Positions 29,837-43,455 are shown, counted from the stretch's first letter. The stretch is DNA of 63,097 bases from Bigelowiella natans CCMP2755 (GCA_000320545.1 ADNK01000426.1:1-63097); one strand, 5' to 3'. Made by a program: numbers and translations. Notes: a model not told the origin generated them from the letters alone.

Positions 29837-30169
29837 CGACGAATGAATCACCAAGCACAGACGGACGTACAATATCTTATTTCTAATCATGATAACGATG
29901 AGAAGTTATTTTAATCCGCTGTGCCAGTAGTCTCAATCGTAGTCTATTATGCATTACCGCCGATCATTAATACATATAGCTTAATATGACGACGACGTGT
30001 ACCCCTTGTTCCACGGCGTTATGAGTACTGCATCTTAACTTAAGGCTGGATTCTTGTTCATCAGTATCATCATCACTCTGTCTCTATCTTCATCACCTTC
30101 ATTTCATCTAATCAGGCCAAGTGACCGTGAAGTCAAAGAATCAAGCGCTAAATCGAGGATATTGATGAC

Positions 30170-31790
30170 ATCATGGTTCAGCATGTCTGTGCTGTGTTTC
30201 TCATCGCACATGTTCCCTGCCTGGGCACAGGCACACACGGCATGCACGGCAACGGTGGGATGGGACATGTGCATCTAGACGTCTAGACGCATGCACTAGT
30301 GCAAGCATCCAGACGCCAAGCGATGAATTGACGTAAACTAGCTCGCTCCTCCCCCAAAGGTTGTGGTCAACGCACACTTCGAAGTCACTAGTGCATGCGC
30401 TGTGACGATTGCTAGATTGATGGCTGGGAAACCATCAACGAAATCATCATGGCGACGAGTGCAGTCGAATTCTTCATGCGTTGTTGTTTCTTGTTGTCAA
30501 GTCATTGTGCAAGATCAGACATGAAGACGATCGAATCGTTGCGCACGCGTGCGCGGCGCGCGGTCGTGATCAAAACGAAACAAGCAAGCACGCACGTGTC
30601 TAGCTAGCTAGATGTGCATGTGTGTGTGCATGTCCAAATGTGCGTGCTAGCTAGCATGCGTGTGTGTTCATCTGGTCATGTCTAGCTAGCCACTGGAGCT
30701 AGCTAGCTAGCTAGCTCCAGAGCTAGGTGTCTAGATGTGTGCAATCTAGCAATCTAGCAACAATGTGAGTGTGTGTGAATGCTGAACGCATGGTGTTCAT
30801 CGTCATGCAATGTGCTTTGTGCTACCCAGCAGCACAGTCGCAGCAGACCAAGCAGACCAAGCAGACACACTAGTACGAGCACTGTGACAGCACGCTGGCA
30901 CGTCTAGACGCGTGTGAGCAAGCTCCAGAGCTGGCAAGGTGCGGCAACGACAGAGAGCCCCCCTGGCCCCCTGCTAGCCTGTGCGTGTCAAGGGAGGTCC
31001 TCTGACTTGAACAGACTCTTTGTCTCTTCCACACAAGCACCTCTCAGCGACAAGCTACAAGCGTCTGTGCACGCGCACTCTCCCAGACTCGTTCTCAGGC
31101 AAAGTTCACAAGTTCGTCGCGATGGTTTTCACCGCACTGGCTAGCTGGCGCTGCACTCTGGACAAGCTGGCTGTCGAAAACTGGTCGTCCACGAAATTGA
31201 GAGAAACGCCAGCTCAATTTTGCTTTCGTCCGCTTGCACGGTTGCTAGGTTGGTGCCTTGTTTCGATCCTGCCAGCCTGGTTTGAAGACTCGCACTTTGA
31301 AGCAATTTGTTTGCGACGTGGGAGTGTCCAGGTGTGCATCATCACCTCTGGACCTGTTGTGTCCAACCTCCATGAACCTGCTCGCCTGCGTGCTTCCTGC
31401 TTGATCAGTTGATTCAGGTGAACGAACGATCGAATGACAGTTTGCTTCGTCGACACCGCACCTTCCAACAATGTTGGAAGGAAAGAAAGAAAGAACAATG
31501 AACAATGATGATGAACTGAGAAACTCTGTTGAACAACACGCATCCCCAAAGTGTTGCACAATGAACAATGAACAATGAACAAAGCATTGATGCAAATCTA
31601 CATGCGCCAGAACCGCATGGGAGGCAGGCGCACACACGACACTTGCAAAATGAACCGAAACAATGAAAACAATGAAACAATGATGAAAAACTACATTTCC
31701 AAAGTGTCAACACTTTGGAAATGTAGTTTTACCGAGTGCTTCGTCCCAAACAAAACAATGAGTTGGCCGTCAGTACCCGGTAGTAGTGGT
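30170..31790. other. strongly TpA-depleted intergenic island, probably decayed repeat/TE DNA
   Basis: About 1.6 kb in which nearly every TA lies in CTAG; CpG is abundant. It contains AACAATG tandem units (31495-31680) and a 21-bp-arm palindrome. Confidence 0.8.
31687..31730. repeat. near-perfect palindrome (21-bp arms, CA centre)
   Basis: AAAACTACATTTCCAAAGTGT-CA-ACACTTTGGAAATGTAGTTTT. Confidence 0.95.
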
Positions 31791-31931
31791 AGATGAATGG
31801 TACATAATGCACAAAATACCCGTCAGTGACGGGTGGTGGGTGATGGTGCGCATCATCATCATCACATCTGAATCTATCCCCGAGTATCCTTTCTTCTGTA
31901 GAGAGAGGAGAAGGAGGAGAAGGAGGAGGAG

Positions 31932-34298
31932 ATGACCGGCCGAGGGAGAGGACGGGGATTCTACAGACCGTACTTATTTATAATTTACAACAAGCCCCAT
32001 TTGCTGTAGATGATAATCTAAAATCGTGTGATTGATTGCAGGAAGAAACAAGGAGGTGGCGTTCCTTTCAATTGGAAAAACAAGGGTGGTGGTGGTGGTG
32101 GTGGTGGTGGTGGAAATTTTTCGAACTCAGGGGGGTCCCGCGTCAGTGTTACGGTAATGAACTTTACTCGAAACTAAAAATAAGCTCCTTCATCCGCTCC
32201 TTTCGCAGATAAGTGTCCAAGTAGACTATAAGACGCTCACACAGTTTCTCAATTCCAAGCTGAAAGGCTTACGATGGAAATCGGTAATAATTCTAGTCAC
32301 GATGATAGTGATGATGATCATTATATGTGGCCGCTGTAACGGACTTTTGATCGTAGATGAAGGAGAGGCCCAACGGGAGCGGGAATTTCTTCATGACTCT
32401 AGCCAATCAGGAAGACTGTAGGAAAGTAATAAGAGAACCGAAGGACGACGACGATTTAACGTAGTAGTAGTGGGATTTTCTCCTCTTTCTCAGCAACAAT
32501 CTGTTCTTGTTGTATTATTCTGTCTGTCTTAAAGGTGCTAAGCCTAGATGGCACATCTTGCAATGGGAATCGATTGCAGATTAAGAGTGGTGGAGGAGGT
32601 GGATTTTCTGGATCTGGGGGTGGAGGAGGATCGTCGGGCCGCTTCTCGGGACGCCCCTTCAATGGTGATTGTTGACAAATGTTGAGTAGTAGTAATAGTA
32701 GTGTGTTGTCTGTTATTCGGGTCACTCATTAGTGGTCGTTCTTAGCGCAAAGAATGAAAGCAGTGGAAGAGTACCTTCAATCCAAATACTCGCAAAACGG
32801 CAGTGAATCAAGTACCATTTTCGCTATTAGTCATACTTGCTCTGTGCAGGCTGTTGCCATTTATGATTCATTAGTGTTTCTCGAAAAAAATATTTTTTTG
32901 AATTGGTCGATGAATAATGTATAAATATTCCTGTGTCTCTCCCACAATCGATTTGTTTAAGCACAATATTTTTTGGTTCAGTGATGCAGTTAACAGGCAT
33001 GGCTGGTGCTAACACCTTGTTTGATTTCAAAAACAGCAATTTTATCGCGGTAAATACCCACCGAAAAAGTGCATCAAAAAGTGACAACGAAGTAATTTTT
33101 GTGTGTTCCGATTGGTAGACTGTTGCGCGGATACTGAAGAATAGACAAATCAAAGTAAGATGGGAAAAATTAAAGGAGACTTGTTGAAAGATTTACTCTC
33201 TTGATATCGCTGCTGCTCATACACGTTAGGTGACAACTCTAATTCTTGATAAAAACGGGATAAACAATCTTGAGATGCTCAAGCCTATCTGCCAACTGCT
33301 CAAAGATTCTCTAGCTAGACTCTCACTAGCAAACAATATGATCCCAGATCTGCAACAAATGAAGTATGAAACACCGCTTCTCTTGTGATGATTATATCCC
33401 GGCACACACTATAGTAGTATCGTCGTTATCATAATGTGATGATTGCATCCCAGCAATAAAACTGTAGTATTATTATCATATGTGATGATTGCATCCTGTT
33501 AAACCAGTTTATTTTTATTATAATTATTATTGTTACTATTATCATGATGCACTAGGTGGTGACAATTTTCTCTGAACGAGTTGTATATCAGGTTCTTAAG
33601 CAGTTTGAACCTGAGAGAGTTGATTCTCGATCCAAATCCTGGAACAAAAGACATTGTTCCGGAAATAAAGATGGTAGCTGCAAAGGAGCTGTTTCCTAAA
33701 CTTATCAAGCTGAACAACATTCCCGTTACGGTACTACGACGACATCAACAAACAATCAGAATTTAGAAGAGAATTGCGATATTTATGAAACATTGAACCC
33801 TTTTTTTAATAGGATGTCGTACAGTTTGATTTGCCCGAAATGTTAACACAAGGAAATCTACCAGATGAAAAGGGGGGTGCGATTGAACCCAAAATTCAGG
33901 AAATTGTGACCAAATTTTTGACAAGGTTTTATTTTTCTTGTGCACGAGAGTAATGTTTCTACGTGATGACGAATCTTTTTTTAATAGATATGTCCAGATA
34001 TTCGACAAGGAAAGCCGAGAAAGATTAGATGATTTCTATTTCAGAGAATCATCTTGTTTTTCAATTGTGTGCCAACCACAACGTCTTCGAAATAATAATA
34101 GCGGTAGTCATATTGATACAAATGTCTTGTTCTAGATTATATGAAAGTAATTATTACATTTAAGAAATATGTGATTAATATGTTGTCTTCAGTGTATGAA
34201 TCGGCGGATCGAAACTTAAAAGGAGATCGTTTAGTTACTGAACTTTCTGACAGAACACGTGTGGGAAGGTTGTTAAATACGATCAACATCTTATTTAT

Positions 34299-34332
<34 letters not shown>

Positions 34333-34723
34333 ACCTTAAGAAATGATTTGTTAGGTCATCAATATTATCGTTGCTGAAGAGTTTGCCGAATACCGTACAT
34401 GAGTTAGACAAATTCACAGTTGATGCATTTCAACCAACTAACAGCGCAACGGTCACTGAGAGTTTAACCAATTTCATTCCGTACTAAACTAATTAATTGG
34501 GAATGTAGAAAGTATTTTGCAACTAAATTGAAAATCTTTAAATCAGAAGCTGGAAATGATCAATGTGTCCATACGAGGGGCATTTCTTGAAAACGATCCG
34601 TCATCTCGTCGATTGTTTCACAGAGTGATGCTGCTCAGTCGTTCTAAAAACCCATATGGTGTGGGAATCACTAACGATATGCTCTACATTGGAGATCTAA
34701 TCAAAGTTCAGCAAACTTATTAA
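31932..34723 (+). CDS. NXF1: mRNA export factor NXF1/TAP/Mex67-like (RG-rich N-terminus, LRR, NTF2-like)
   Basis: Starts MTGRGRGRGFYRP. LRR: LILDKNGINNL...LARLSLANNMIPDL...LRELILDPNP...LFPKLIKLN. NTF2-like: FFNRYVQIFDKESRERLDDFY..SCFSI...SLLKSLPNTVH...LFHRVMLL...ITNDMLYI. Stop TAA at 34723. Confidence 0.85.
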
Positions 34724-34789
34724 TAAATTCAAGACCACTCAGAAAAATAAGTGATTTGACCGATTGCGCGTATCCAACTTGCGCCAGCA

Positions 34790-35820
34790 TTTTCCGCGTT
34801 GTGATTAGCCATGAAGTTTCACATTACCACAAAGAAAATCTACTGAGCATTGTCGTGAATGTGTGGTGGCATAGGAGGCTCATCTCCATAATTACACATG
34901 TGGAAACATTCAATGAATGACGTCGATCTGTGCTAGTGTGTGCCATACTAGCGACTACAGCATGCATTCATGTTGGCGATGATCTCGCTAGCCGGCCGAA
35001 ATGTTGTAGCGAATTCCTTAGCTTGTTCTCACATGTTCATCGGCGTCTAAAGCTAGCTGTGCTGAGTGCCGATCCAGCAATGTACATGCAATGAAAATAG
35101 CTGACAACATGCAACATCACTAGCTAGCTAGCTAGATCACGTTGCTCTGGTGTTTGTTGTATTGCCAAATAATCTATAAATGAATCTATGTCAATGGCTC
35201 ATGAAAGATGATGTAATGCAACGAAGCTCATGCGATGCTACTGCACTGTGACGTACAAGCCAGGCTAGCAGGCGGTCTAGCGGTGCATGTCATGCTAGCT
35301 AGCTAGCACTAGAGCATGCTAGCATGCCAGCATGCTATAGCATGTGTGACGTTGCAACTGCGAACAACCGGGGGAGTGTGTGGAACACGGCCTCAAAAGT
35401 TTGAAAAACCTCAGACAGCACAGTGGCCGAGAATGCTTGCTTGTGACTTTTCGGCCATTTTTCGTGTTTTTCGATTTTTATTGAGACCGCACCCTTCTAG
35501 CCTTCAACCCGCTCTAGCGCTGTGAATCATGACATGCAATCTCAGACAACGATCACTGGTGTCACTGCCCGGCTAGCCGGCTCACACCTCGAAAGTGGAT
35601 TGCTTCAGGCGGACCTGCTGTTCGATTCATGCAAGAGCTTTGCGTGACTGGGTGATGCCGTGCACACGGCGCCGCGCAGCTTCGTACATTCGATTCAAAG
35701 TGAAGCTTTTCTTTCGTCACTTTCGATCGCTTTAAACACGTCAAGTTTGACTTTTGATCCGCCTGGCTAGCCGGGAGGATCAGGGCTGATTTAGCTGAGG
35801 GGGACACGGCGCTGTCGTAC
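34790..35820. other. TpA-depleted, CTAG-rich intergenic island
   Basis: Lies between convergent 3' ends. It has runs of CTAGCTAG and CATG, and most residual TA is in CTAG. Confidence 0.75.
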
Positions 35821-35899
35821 TGTGGAATTTAATTATCTACTCCCGCATCATTAGCGGGGTTTATTGGAAAAATATTAATGTTCGTCTGTTTCTTCTGTT

Positions 35900-37266
35900 A
35901 CAGATTCTGTCTCGGGGCTTTCAAGCCATTCGTTGGGGTCCCTCACCCCTGGAGGATATGTAAATTTATTCCACTCTATTCCGCGGGCCTTGAGAACTCT
36001 CTTGCAATCTTAGGTACATCATGAGTGAGTGATTGATCAGACTACTACTCTCGTAAACGATAACACATACGTGCTTACGTAGTATTACAACCCTGAATCG
36101 TTTGATCAGTAGTCCTTAAATGTTTGTCCAGCCTCTCTTCCGTCAACCATGGTATGAAGGTTTCACGTGCACGGTCGTCCAATATAGTTTGGGAATCCCC
36201 TTGAAATATCATATTCTACATTTCACTTTCTAAAATGCAAATCAACATTATAATTTATATTCACCAAATGTAGCATCAAAATCTTCTTCATTCAACCCTC
36301 CCAGAGCACCGCGGGGGCCTTCGCCCATTAAATTAAGTTGCAACTCCCCGTGTTGTTGTTCCTCCTATTTTTACGCAGATTTAAGGGGAAAATTCTTGTG
36401 TTGATGCATAACTTACATTGATATCTGACACATTCTCATTATCGACGTCCAGATGCCCTGCAGCAATGCGTTTCTGAGAAAAAAGTTGCAAATGCGTTTC
36501 GTATATTTTATGATAAAGGATTATAATATATGACGTCATTAGTTATGCGGTTAATATGTGGTAATTGTTGTTCAACCTCTCTTTCGTATCGCTCCTCGAA
36601 AAACTCCAATTTAACTCTTTTTTCCATATCCAACCTTAACGGCTGAATATTGATTCGCAATGGATTGGTAGTTGTTGAACACCGGCAGTTGGAAATTACA
36701 CTAGTATTATCACCTTTATAGTCTCTTCCATTTCATCCACAGTGTCGTATCCATCACCTCCTTCGCGAAACTTTTATCAAATGTATAAACTACTCATAAA
36801 TAGCATGCTTCACGAAGAATTATGATGACCTACCTCTGAAAAGTTTAGGCGCGGTTTCCACGAGTCAATATTTCTAATTTCTTCAACAGCCTTCAGAATC
36901 GCTTTATCTGTACAAGTAGAGAGTCAGGTATAATAGCCTATTTCTTTTCATTGTGTCGTGTCAATAATAATAACTTGGATCATTGTCCGTTCCTGTAGCA
37001 GTTCCAGCAGCTCTTTGAGCCGCTTCATTATTCTGACTGAATTTCTTCATCATGTTGAGTGATTTTTCAAGGTTAATTCTATCCTTGACATCATCTGTGT
37101 CCTCCGATGGAGCTCTTCCGTCCATACTAATCCCAACTGCATGCCAACGACGCTGAGAGGGAGGAGGAGGAGGAGGAGCTGGCCATGCCATCACGATGAG
37201 GACAATCATGACAACGACTGCGATAACACGTTCATGAAAACTCATTCGTCTTTCGCTCCCCATCAA
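35900..37266 (-). CDS. multi-exon protein of unknown function with N-terminal hydrophobic segment
   Basis: Begins MMGSERRMSFHERVIAVVVMIVLIVMAWP..., then short-intron exons DKAILKAVEEIRNIDSWKPRLNFSE, RINIQPLRLDMEKRVKLEFFEERYE, LNLMGEGPRGALGGLNEEDF and RARETFIPWLTEERLDKHLR. The 3' end is approximate. Confidence 0.6.
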
Positions 37267-37698
37267 TATGCTCTTCTTCTCCTTCCTCGTGCCACGAAGG
37301 GGCTGTGGGCATGCCTGGCGGTTTTGGTTTGAAAATTAATCTTGGGAATGATGATGATAATGATACTGTTTCGATTTGTTGAACAAAATTTGTATCTATT
37401 CTCTACCGAAGCGTTTGCAACCAACACGTGCGCCGCCTGTTTGTAGGTTATTGTGTTGGTAGAAGGAAGGCTCGTCTCAGAAGAGCAAAAGCCGAGGGAG
37501 GACAAAGTCTACAGGCTGTTGTTATTGTTGTTAGTAATTCGCTCATTCAAATAAATATTATGCGGCCTATATGCTTAAGAGATTGAACTTTGCTGTTTTA
37601 ACTAACTAACTCTCATCTGCGGTTGTCGTCTTCGATAAATGCAGTGCTTTTTTTAGTACGTCGCCAGCCTACTCCTCCTCGACCACACATACGTGTCA

Positions 37699-38731
37699 AT
37701 GAGGAGCTCCACGTTCCTGCGACGACCGCTCAGAGGAGGGGGGTTATTTGTGCTTGGTGTTCACCAGTACGATACGTGGTTCGGCGATCGAGTTTTCAAT
37801 CGAAACCTTAAAGCAATCTGGGCCGGTGAAAAGCAGTACCATTCTTCTTATCACAAGTGTGGTTACCATTAATTCGACATTACACTCCTTTTTTTCGTGT
37901 ATGTACATAATCCAGCAATCTTGACGACCTACGATTACAAATTTGGGGTCGACTATGAAAACCCAGAGAGGTAAATCGCAAAAAATTTAATTTGAATTTC
38001 TTCGTTCTTTGTTCTCTTATTTTTTAGATGTTCTTCATTATCCTTCTTTTTCATTGCCCAGCCTTAGTTCCGTGCATTCGCGTGTGGCTCAACGATGGTT
38101 CAATGTCTGTGGATCGAACGGGGGATTGTATATCAAGCTAGGGCAATCATGCCAACAACTTAATCACGTCCTTCCCGTGGAGTTTACATCGCTTTTTAGT
38201 CAAATGTTTGATTCCGCGCCTCCAGTTTCGAGTGAGGTACTCATTGTTTCTTTTTATTATTATTATTCTTATTTTTCTTCCGATTTTTTTTCTCAAGTTT
38301 AACGGATGATACATACTGACAATGAAGGCTTGTTATCTATCCATCCTCTGTAGGCTATCAACCGGGTCTTCAAATCTGATTTTGATGGAAAATCCCCGGA
38401 CGAAGTCTTCCGAGAATTTGATCCAAATCCAGTTGCTTCTGCATCCATTGCACAAGTATGAAAAGAAGAGTTATCCCTCCATACTACATCAAGATAAATG
38501 TCAGTTGCAGCATACATTCATCTAAGTATATATACGCACATCATCGTCAGGTTCACAAAGCCATCATGCAAGATGGAACAAAAGTAGCTGTCAAGATACA
38601 GAAACCTTACATCGAGGTGCTATAATTAATTGTAGAAGATTTTTCAGCAGCTAACAATGGGTGTGCGTACGCACTCTCAATAACCAAGCTAAATCAAATG
38701 ATTACTGAATTAATCAAGTGTGTGCGCCCGC

Positions 38732-38778
<47 letters not shown>

Positions 38779-38927
38779 TATGTGTTTGTAGAGACAGATT
38801 CCATGGGATTTGACATGCTACCGATTCTTAATCTTTGCTTTGGTGTGTGAATGAACAATAATTTACCACCTTCGACTTGATAATCAACACAACTACCTTT
38901 TCTACATCGTTACAATCAATAATGTAC

Positions 38928-38961
<34 letters not shown>

Positions 38962-39741
38962 GAAACGACTATGTTCTTCTTACGCATGCTCTGTACCACT
39001 CACATGTGTTTCTCTTGTATGATGCAGGAGAAGATCTTCGATCTCCCGATGTATTGGACTACAGATGCGGTCTGTAAGTCGATACGCCAGGAAGCAGGTG
39101 CTAGTTGCTGCATGCGCTCACTCACTACTCCATCAAACATCGTCATCGCTACCATGTATAGTTGTGTGTGTGTGTGTTTGTATGTGTATGGCCGTGATGA
39201 AATATCAGCAGCAGCAGCAGCAGCAGCTGCTGCAGAAACAAAGGAAGGGGATCTAACTATTCATCCTCATCTAAATCATAAACATACACCAGACTTTCGA
39301 GTCGAAGCTTCCAATGCAGAGAAAGCTAGAATAGGCATTGATCCTAGCAGCAACTCAACGACTTACATTCCTAAGATTCACCACCATCTCACGACGAAGA
39401 GAGTGCTTACTATGGAATGGTCCGTACTACGATGCTGCTATTAGTACTGCTACTACTGCTATTATTGATGCTGCTGCTACTACTACTACTACTACTACTA
39501 CTTCCCGTTTGAATAAAAGAGGCTCGAGCTTCGCATCAAATAGCATCAAAATACGTATGATCTAGACATATTGCAGCAGTGTTGTAAGAAATGGTTGCTG
39601 GTGTTGCTGTTGTTATTGTTGTAGTAGTTGTTATAGCATGTTGTCATTATTTCTGTTTGTGTTGTTTTTACATGTTACGTAGGATCGATGGCGTGAGGAT
39701 TACCGATAAGGATGGTAAACAGCAATTATAATATTAGTGAT

Positions 39742-39777
<36 letters not shown>

Positions 39778-39831
39778 CAATAGACAACAATCTTTAACAG
39801 GATATACCCTATCTAACACAACTACTACTAT

Positions 39832-39862
<31 letters not shown>

Positions 39863-40237
39863 GCTGATTATTATTACAAGCATGATATTCAAAATTGTGT
39901 TGCGGCACTCTAAAATAATACCACAATAGAATTTGAGAAAAGTATGTTCGTGTTGGATGATTGAATATGGTTATGATTATAACTGGCAGGGGTTAGGCAG
40001 ATGGGGTTCTCGATTCCCAAGGTGCTCACTGAGGCTGCCGCGGAACAAATGAACAAACCATTCGTTAATCACTAAGGATGATGTGATGCTGATAGTGATC
40101 ATGTTGATGTTCAAGTTTACGATAATGATGAAGATGATTTTCCCTTCTGTCTTTACCAAAGTAAGAGATGTATACTTTCAGGTGATGGATATGGTGGTCA
40201 AGACATTTGCAGAGCAGATATTCCTCACGGTAGTAGC

Positions 40238-40300
<63 letters not shown>

Positions 40301-40960
40301 AAGAAGAAGAAGAAGAACAAGAACAAGAACAAGAAGAAGAAGAAGGATAAGGAGGAGAAGAAAGGGAGGAGGGTAGGCAGCTATTATTCATTATTCATCG
40401 ACGTCAAATGTTGTTGCTGCTGCTGATGTATATCACATCTACATTTATACCACTAATACGTAATGATGATATGTGATTCTTTCTTGTTCAATTCTGTCAT
40501 ATCTTGTTGTCAGGGCTTCATTCATGCCGACCCCCATCCAGGCAATGTGCTAGTGAGACCAAACCCTGAGGTCGTAGTAGTATTAGTAAGCAGTATAAGA
40601 ATATAGTAAGAAGACTCAATCAAGCGAAAGAGTCTGAAATTGAAAAGCTGTGTGTAGCTATATATGTTAATATTACTGCTATAGCTACTACTCCATTCTT
40701 CCAAAAACGTTCATTTGATGAATACTAGAAGCATCTTGGTTGATGATACGTCTGAATACGTCATTGACAAGCATGTTTGTTGATAGATGAAGTCAGCTCC
40801 CCAAATAGTTCTCCTTGACCACGGTCTTTACGTGGAGGTAGTAGTAGAAGTACCAGTAGTAGTAATACGACAATAGCAACTTAACTGATGATGACGATGA
40901 TGATGAGGATGCTGGGTGGGTGAGGGTTGGGAATGTTGTTGTTGTTGTTGTTACTATGGA

Positions 40961-40995
<35 letters not shown>

Positions 40996-41061
40996 ACTCA
41001 TTCTCCCACGGTCTCTTATTCTCTCTCTCACTGTCCTCATGACTAGTTTCGCTCAAAAATG

Positions 41062-41100
<39 letters not shown>

Positions 41101-41294
41101 GCATGCATCTTTTATATACTTATTGTCAGATATTCCAATTTACCTGATGTGTTTATGCAGTACAGCGACATGTTATTCATCATCATCATCATCATCATCA
41201 TATTCTGTTTATTATTGGTTTATTTTCACCAATTGTTGGCCAGGCCTCAGAGAAGTTTCGAATGGACTACTGCAAGCTTTGGAAGGCTATGGTT

Positions 41295-41328
<34 letters not shown>

Positions 41329-41413
41329 GCTTGAGATAGAGAGAAGTACCAACAGATTGTAGTAGTAGTACTACTACTACTCATACTACTAGTGGTGGTG
41401 GTGATTGTGCGAG

Positions 41414-41450
<37 letters not shown>

Positions 41451-42097
41451 CCCGTAAGTAGAGTAAAGGTTAGAACAGCATTATTTGGTGAATGAATGGA
41501 TAAATGACTTACTTCAGGTGCTGATGGATACAGATACAGTGAGAGACGTGTGTCTTTCTTGGGGGGTCAGTAGACTTGAGTTGTTATTTATACAACAACA
41601 CCTTTCACCGACCACCATCACTCGATTCATCAAGACTGTACTAATTATTACACCTGCAAAGAACAAACCAAGCACCCATTTCTGTTGTGTGAGTGTGATA
41701 TGTAAGTATATGTATATTATATGTAAAAATATTTATGCCAACGGATAAAGACATATTAAAGCTGTCCTCCCCCTCCTCATCACTTCTTGTAGGTTGCTGA
41801 TAGCGAATTCTTTGCTTCAATGCAATTATTAAAGCCTTATCGTCCTCGTATGTCATTGACTGTTTGTTTAGTAGTAGTGTACGTATTAGAGATTTATAGT
41901 ACTAATCAGCAAGTGTATTGTGAAGGGTTCCTGCTTGTCTTGATTATTTATCTGTTTTTTTATTGAACAAATAGAAAAAAAGGCCATCCATGTGGCTAAC
42001 ACTACCATCGATGATATATTGAGAATGCAGGTGATGCACGTTATTCTGCTTTCTGATGTTACACTTTCTTATGTGGTGTGTGTGCCTGTGTGTCTGT

Positions 42098-42172
<75 letters not shown>

Positions 42173-42227
42173 TTTTCCTCTACACTTGAAGATTACGCAG
42201 TTCTTTTATCGAATATGCCAATCTTAC

Positions 42228-42261
<34 letters not shown>

Positions 42262-43455
42262 AATGGCTACAGATGGGCTTGAAGGAGCGTGTTAAACATT
42301 TGCTTCACGACACCCAGTTGGTTCCCAGGGAGGTGATAAGAACAACTTACATACATACATGCATACATACTACTACTAGTAGTAGTAGTACCAAATAGTG
42401 ATTGATTCATGACGACTGGATTATTATGAGTGAGTTAAGACGATCGAAAATAATAGGATGATAATGGGGTACATCATCATCATCATCATCATCATCATCA
42501 TACTACTACTACTACTACTACTTCTATTTCTACTGCTACTGCTACTGCTACTCTACGGGTGGCTTGAAATAATACATCAGCTTATCCTTCTTGGACGCAA
42601 CATGAACATCGTGCGCTCATGCAACAAGGTCATTGCCTCAGTAGTAGTAGTAGTAGTACTACTAGTAGTAGTAGAAGTAGTAGCAGCTTCACATGTAAAT
42701 GTAGTATTACTGTTTGTGATGACGAAACTGACGACGACGACGATGATGATGATGATGATGGTAAGAATCGAGGAATAATATGTGGCGGTCCTTCTTCACC
42801 TTTAGGCTATGGGGTCTCCAGTGAATAGAGTAGCCATAATGGCATATTATGCCAACAGAGGAACATATTCACTAAATCCGTTGCTGCATCATCTGAACTC
42901 TCCTGCCTCAACGCATATCTCGGAGCATAATCATCAAGTGAATGACCCGTGGCACCAGATCAAATGGAAAGCAGCATATACTGAGGTGTTCGTTAGTATA
43001 GTAGTAGCATATATCTCATCCTGTGATGGTGTGTTGGCATTATTTTAGAGGATATATAAGTTGCAAGAATATCATCCCATTTGTTTACTAATGAAACTAC
43101 TCTCTAAATTATTGAAATAACCGGACCACCACAGGTATTGTTCCGTGCCCAGTTGTTCTTTATCAAGTGTGCTTACTACTCAACCAAGGTTTATTGAAAT
43201 TCTTTAAATAAAGAAAAAGTATCCGCTAAGTACTCAATAAATAGGTTTGGCAGATGCTCAACTCTTTATTCGGCCACAAAAGCAAAAACTTTGAGGAGTT
43301 ACTAGAAGAAGGGATTGCGAACACAATTGAGGTTATTCACGAGATGAAATGATATTGCTCAAGCAGGTGAATTTTCTTATTTATAGTCTTCTTCCAAATA
43401 GGCAAAGCTTGGCTTTCGAATAAATTTAGACGAGAATGGAAACGCATTTGGATGA
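37699..43455 (+). CDS. ABC1/UbiB/ADCK atypical kinase (ADCK5/Mcp2-like)
   Basis: NGGLYIKLGQ (KxGQ motif), PVASASIAQVHKA (A-rich loop), VAVKIQ, DFRVEA.N, RVLTMEW|IDG, GFIHADPHPGNVLV, IVLLDHGLY. The last exon AKLGFRINLDENGNAFG ends at TGA 43455. Confidence 0.93.

Larger units (their letters stand above)
1..43000. repeat. very dense intronic microsatellites ((GAT)n, (TAG)n, (TA)n, (CA)n, (GA)n, (GAA)n, (GGA)n, (CAA)n)
   Basis: Directly visible in most introns of 1-30 kb and 38.7-43 kb, and again after about 57.3 kb. Confidence 0.95.

Noticed and set aside
29647-29886. ORF ending ...TDGRTISYF as the NFX1 C-terminus
   Set aside because: Intron phase 0 gives the other frame (…SNPWELL…, stop at 29836).
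30170-31790. CpG-methylation decay or fungal-type RIP as the cause of TG/CA richness
   Set aside because: CpG is abundant and TA is depleted rather than enriched, the opposite of both expectations.
30914-31796. Overlapping 70-130 aa ORFs on both strands (also 44209-45324)
   Set aside because: Loss of TA removes TAA/TAG stops and inflates ORF length. No recognisable protein motifs are present.
35360-35825. MITE/DNA transposon
   Set aside because: The sequence looks repeat-derived, but I could not find matching terminal inverted repeats or a TSD.
42-43000. Hundreds of short ORFs with homopolymeric or dipeptide runs (poly-S, -I, -M, YIYI, CVCV, HTHT)
   Set aside because: They are translations of intronic microsatellites, not proteins.
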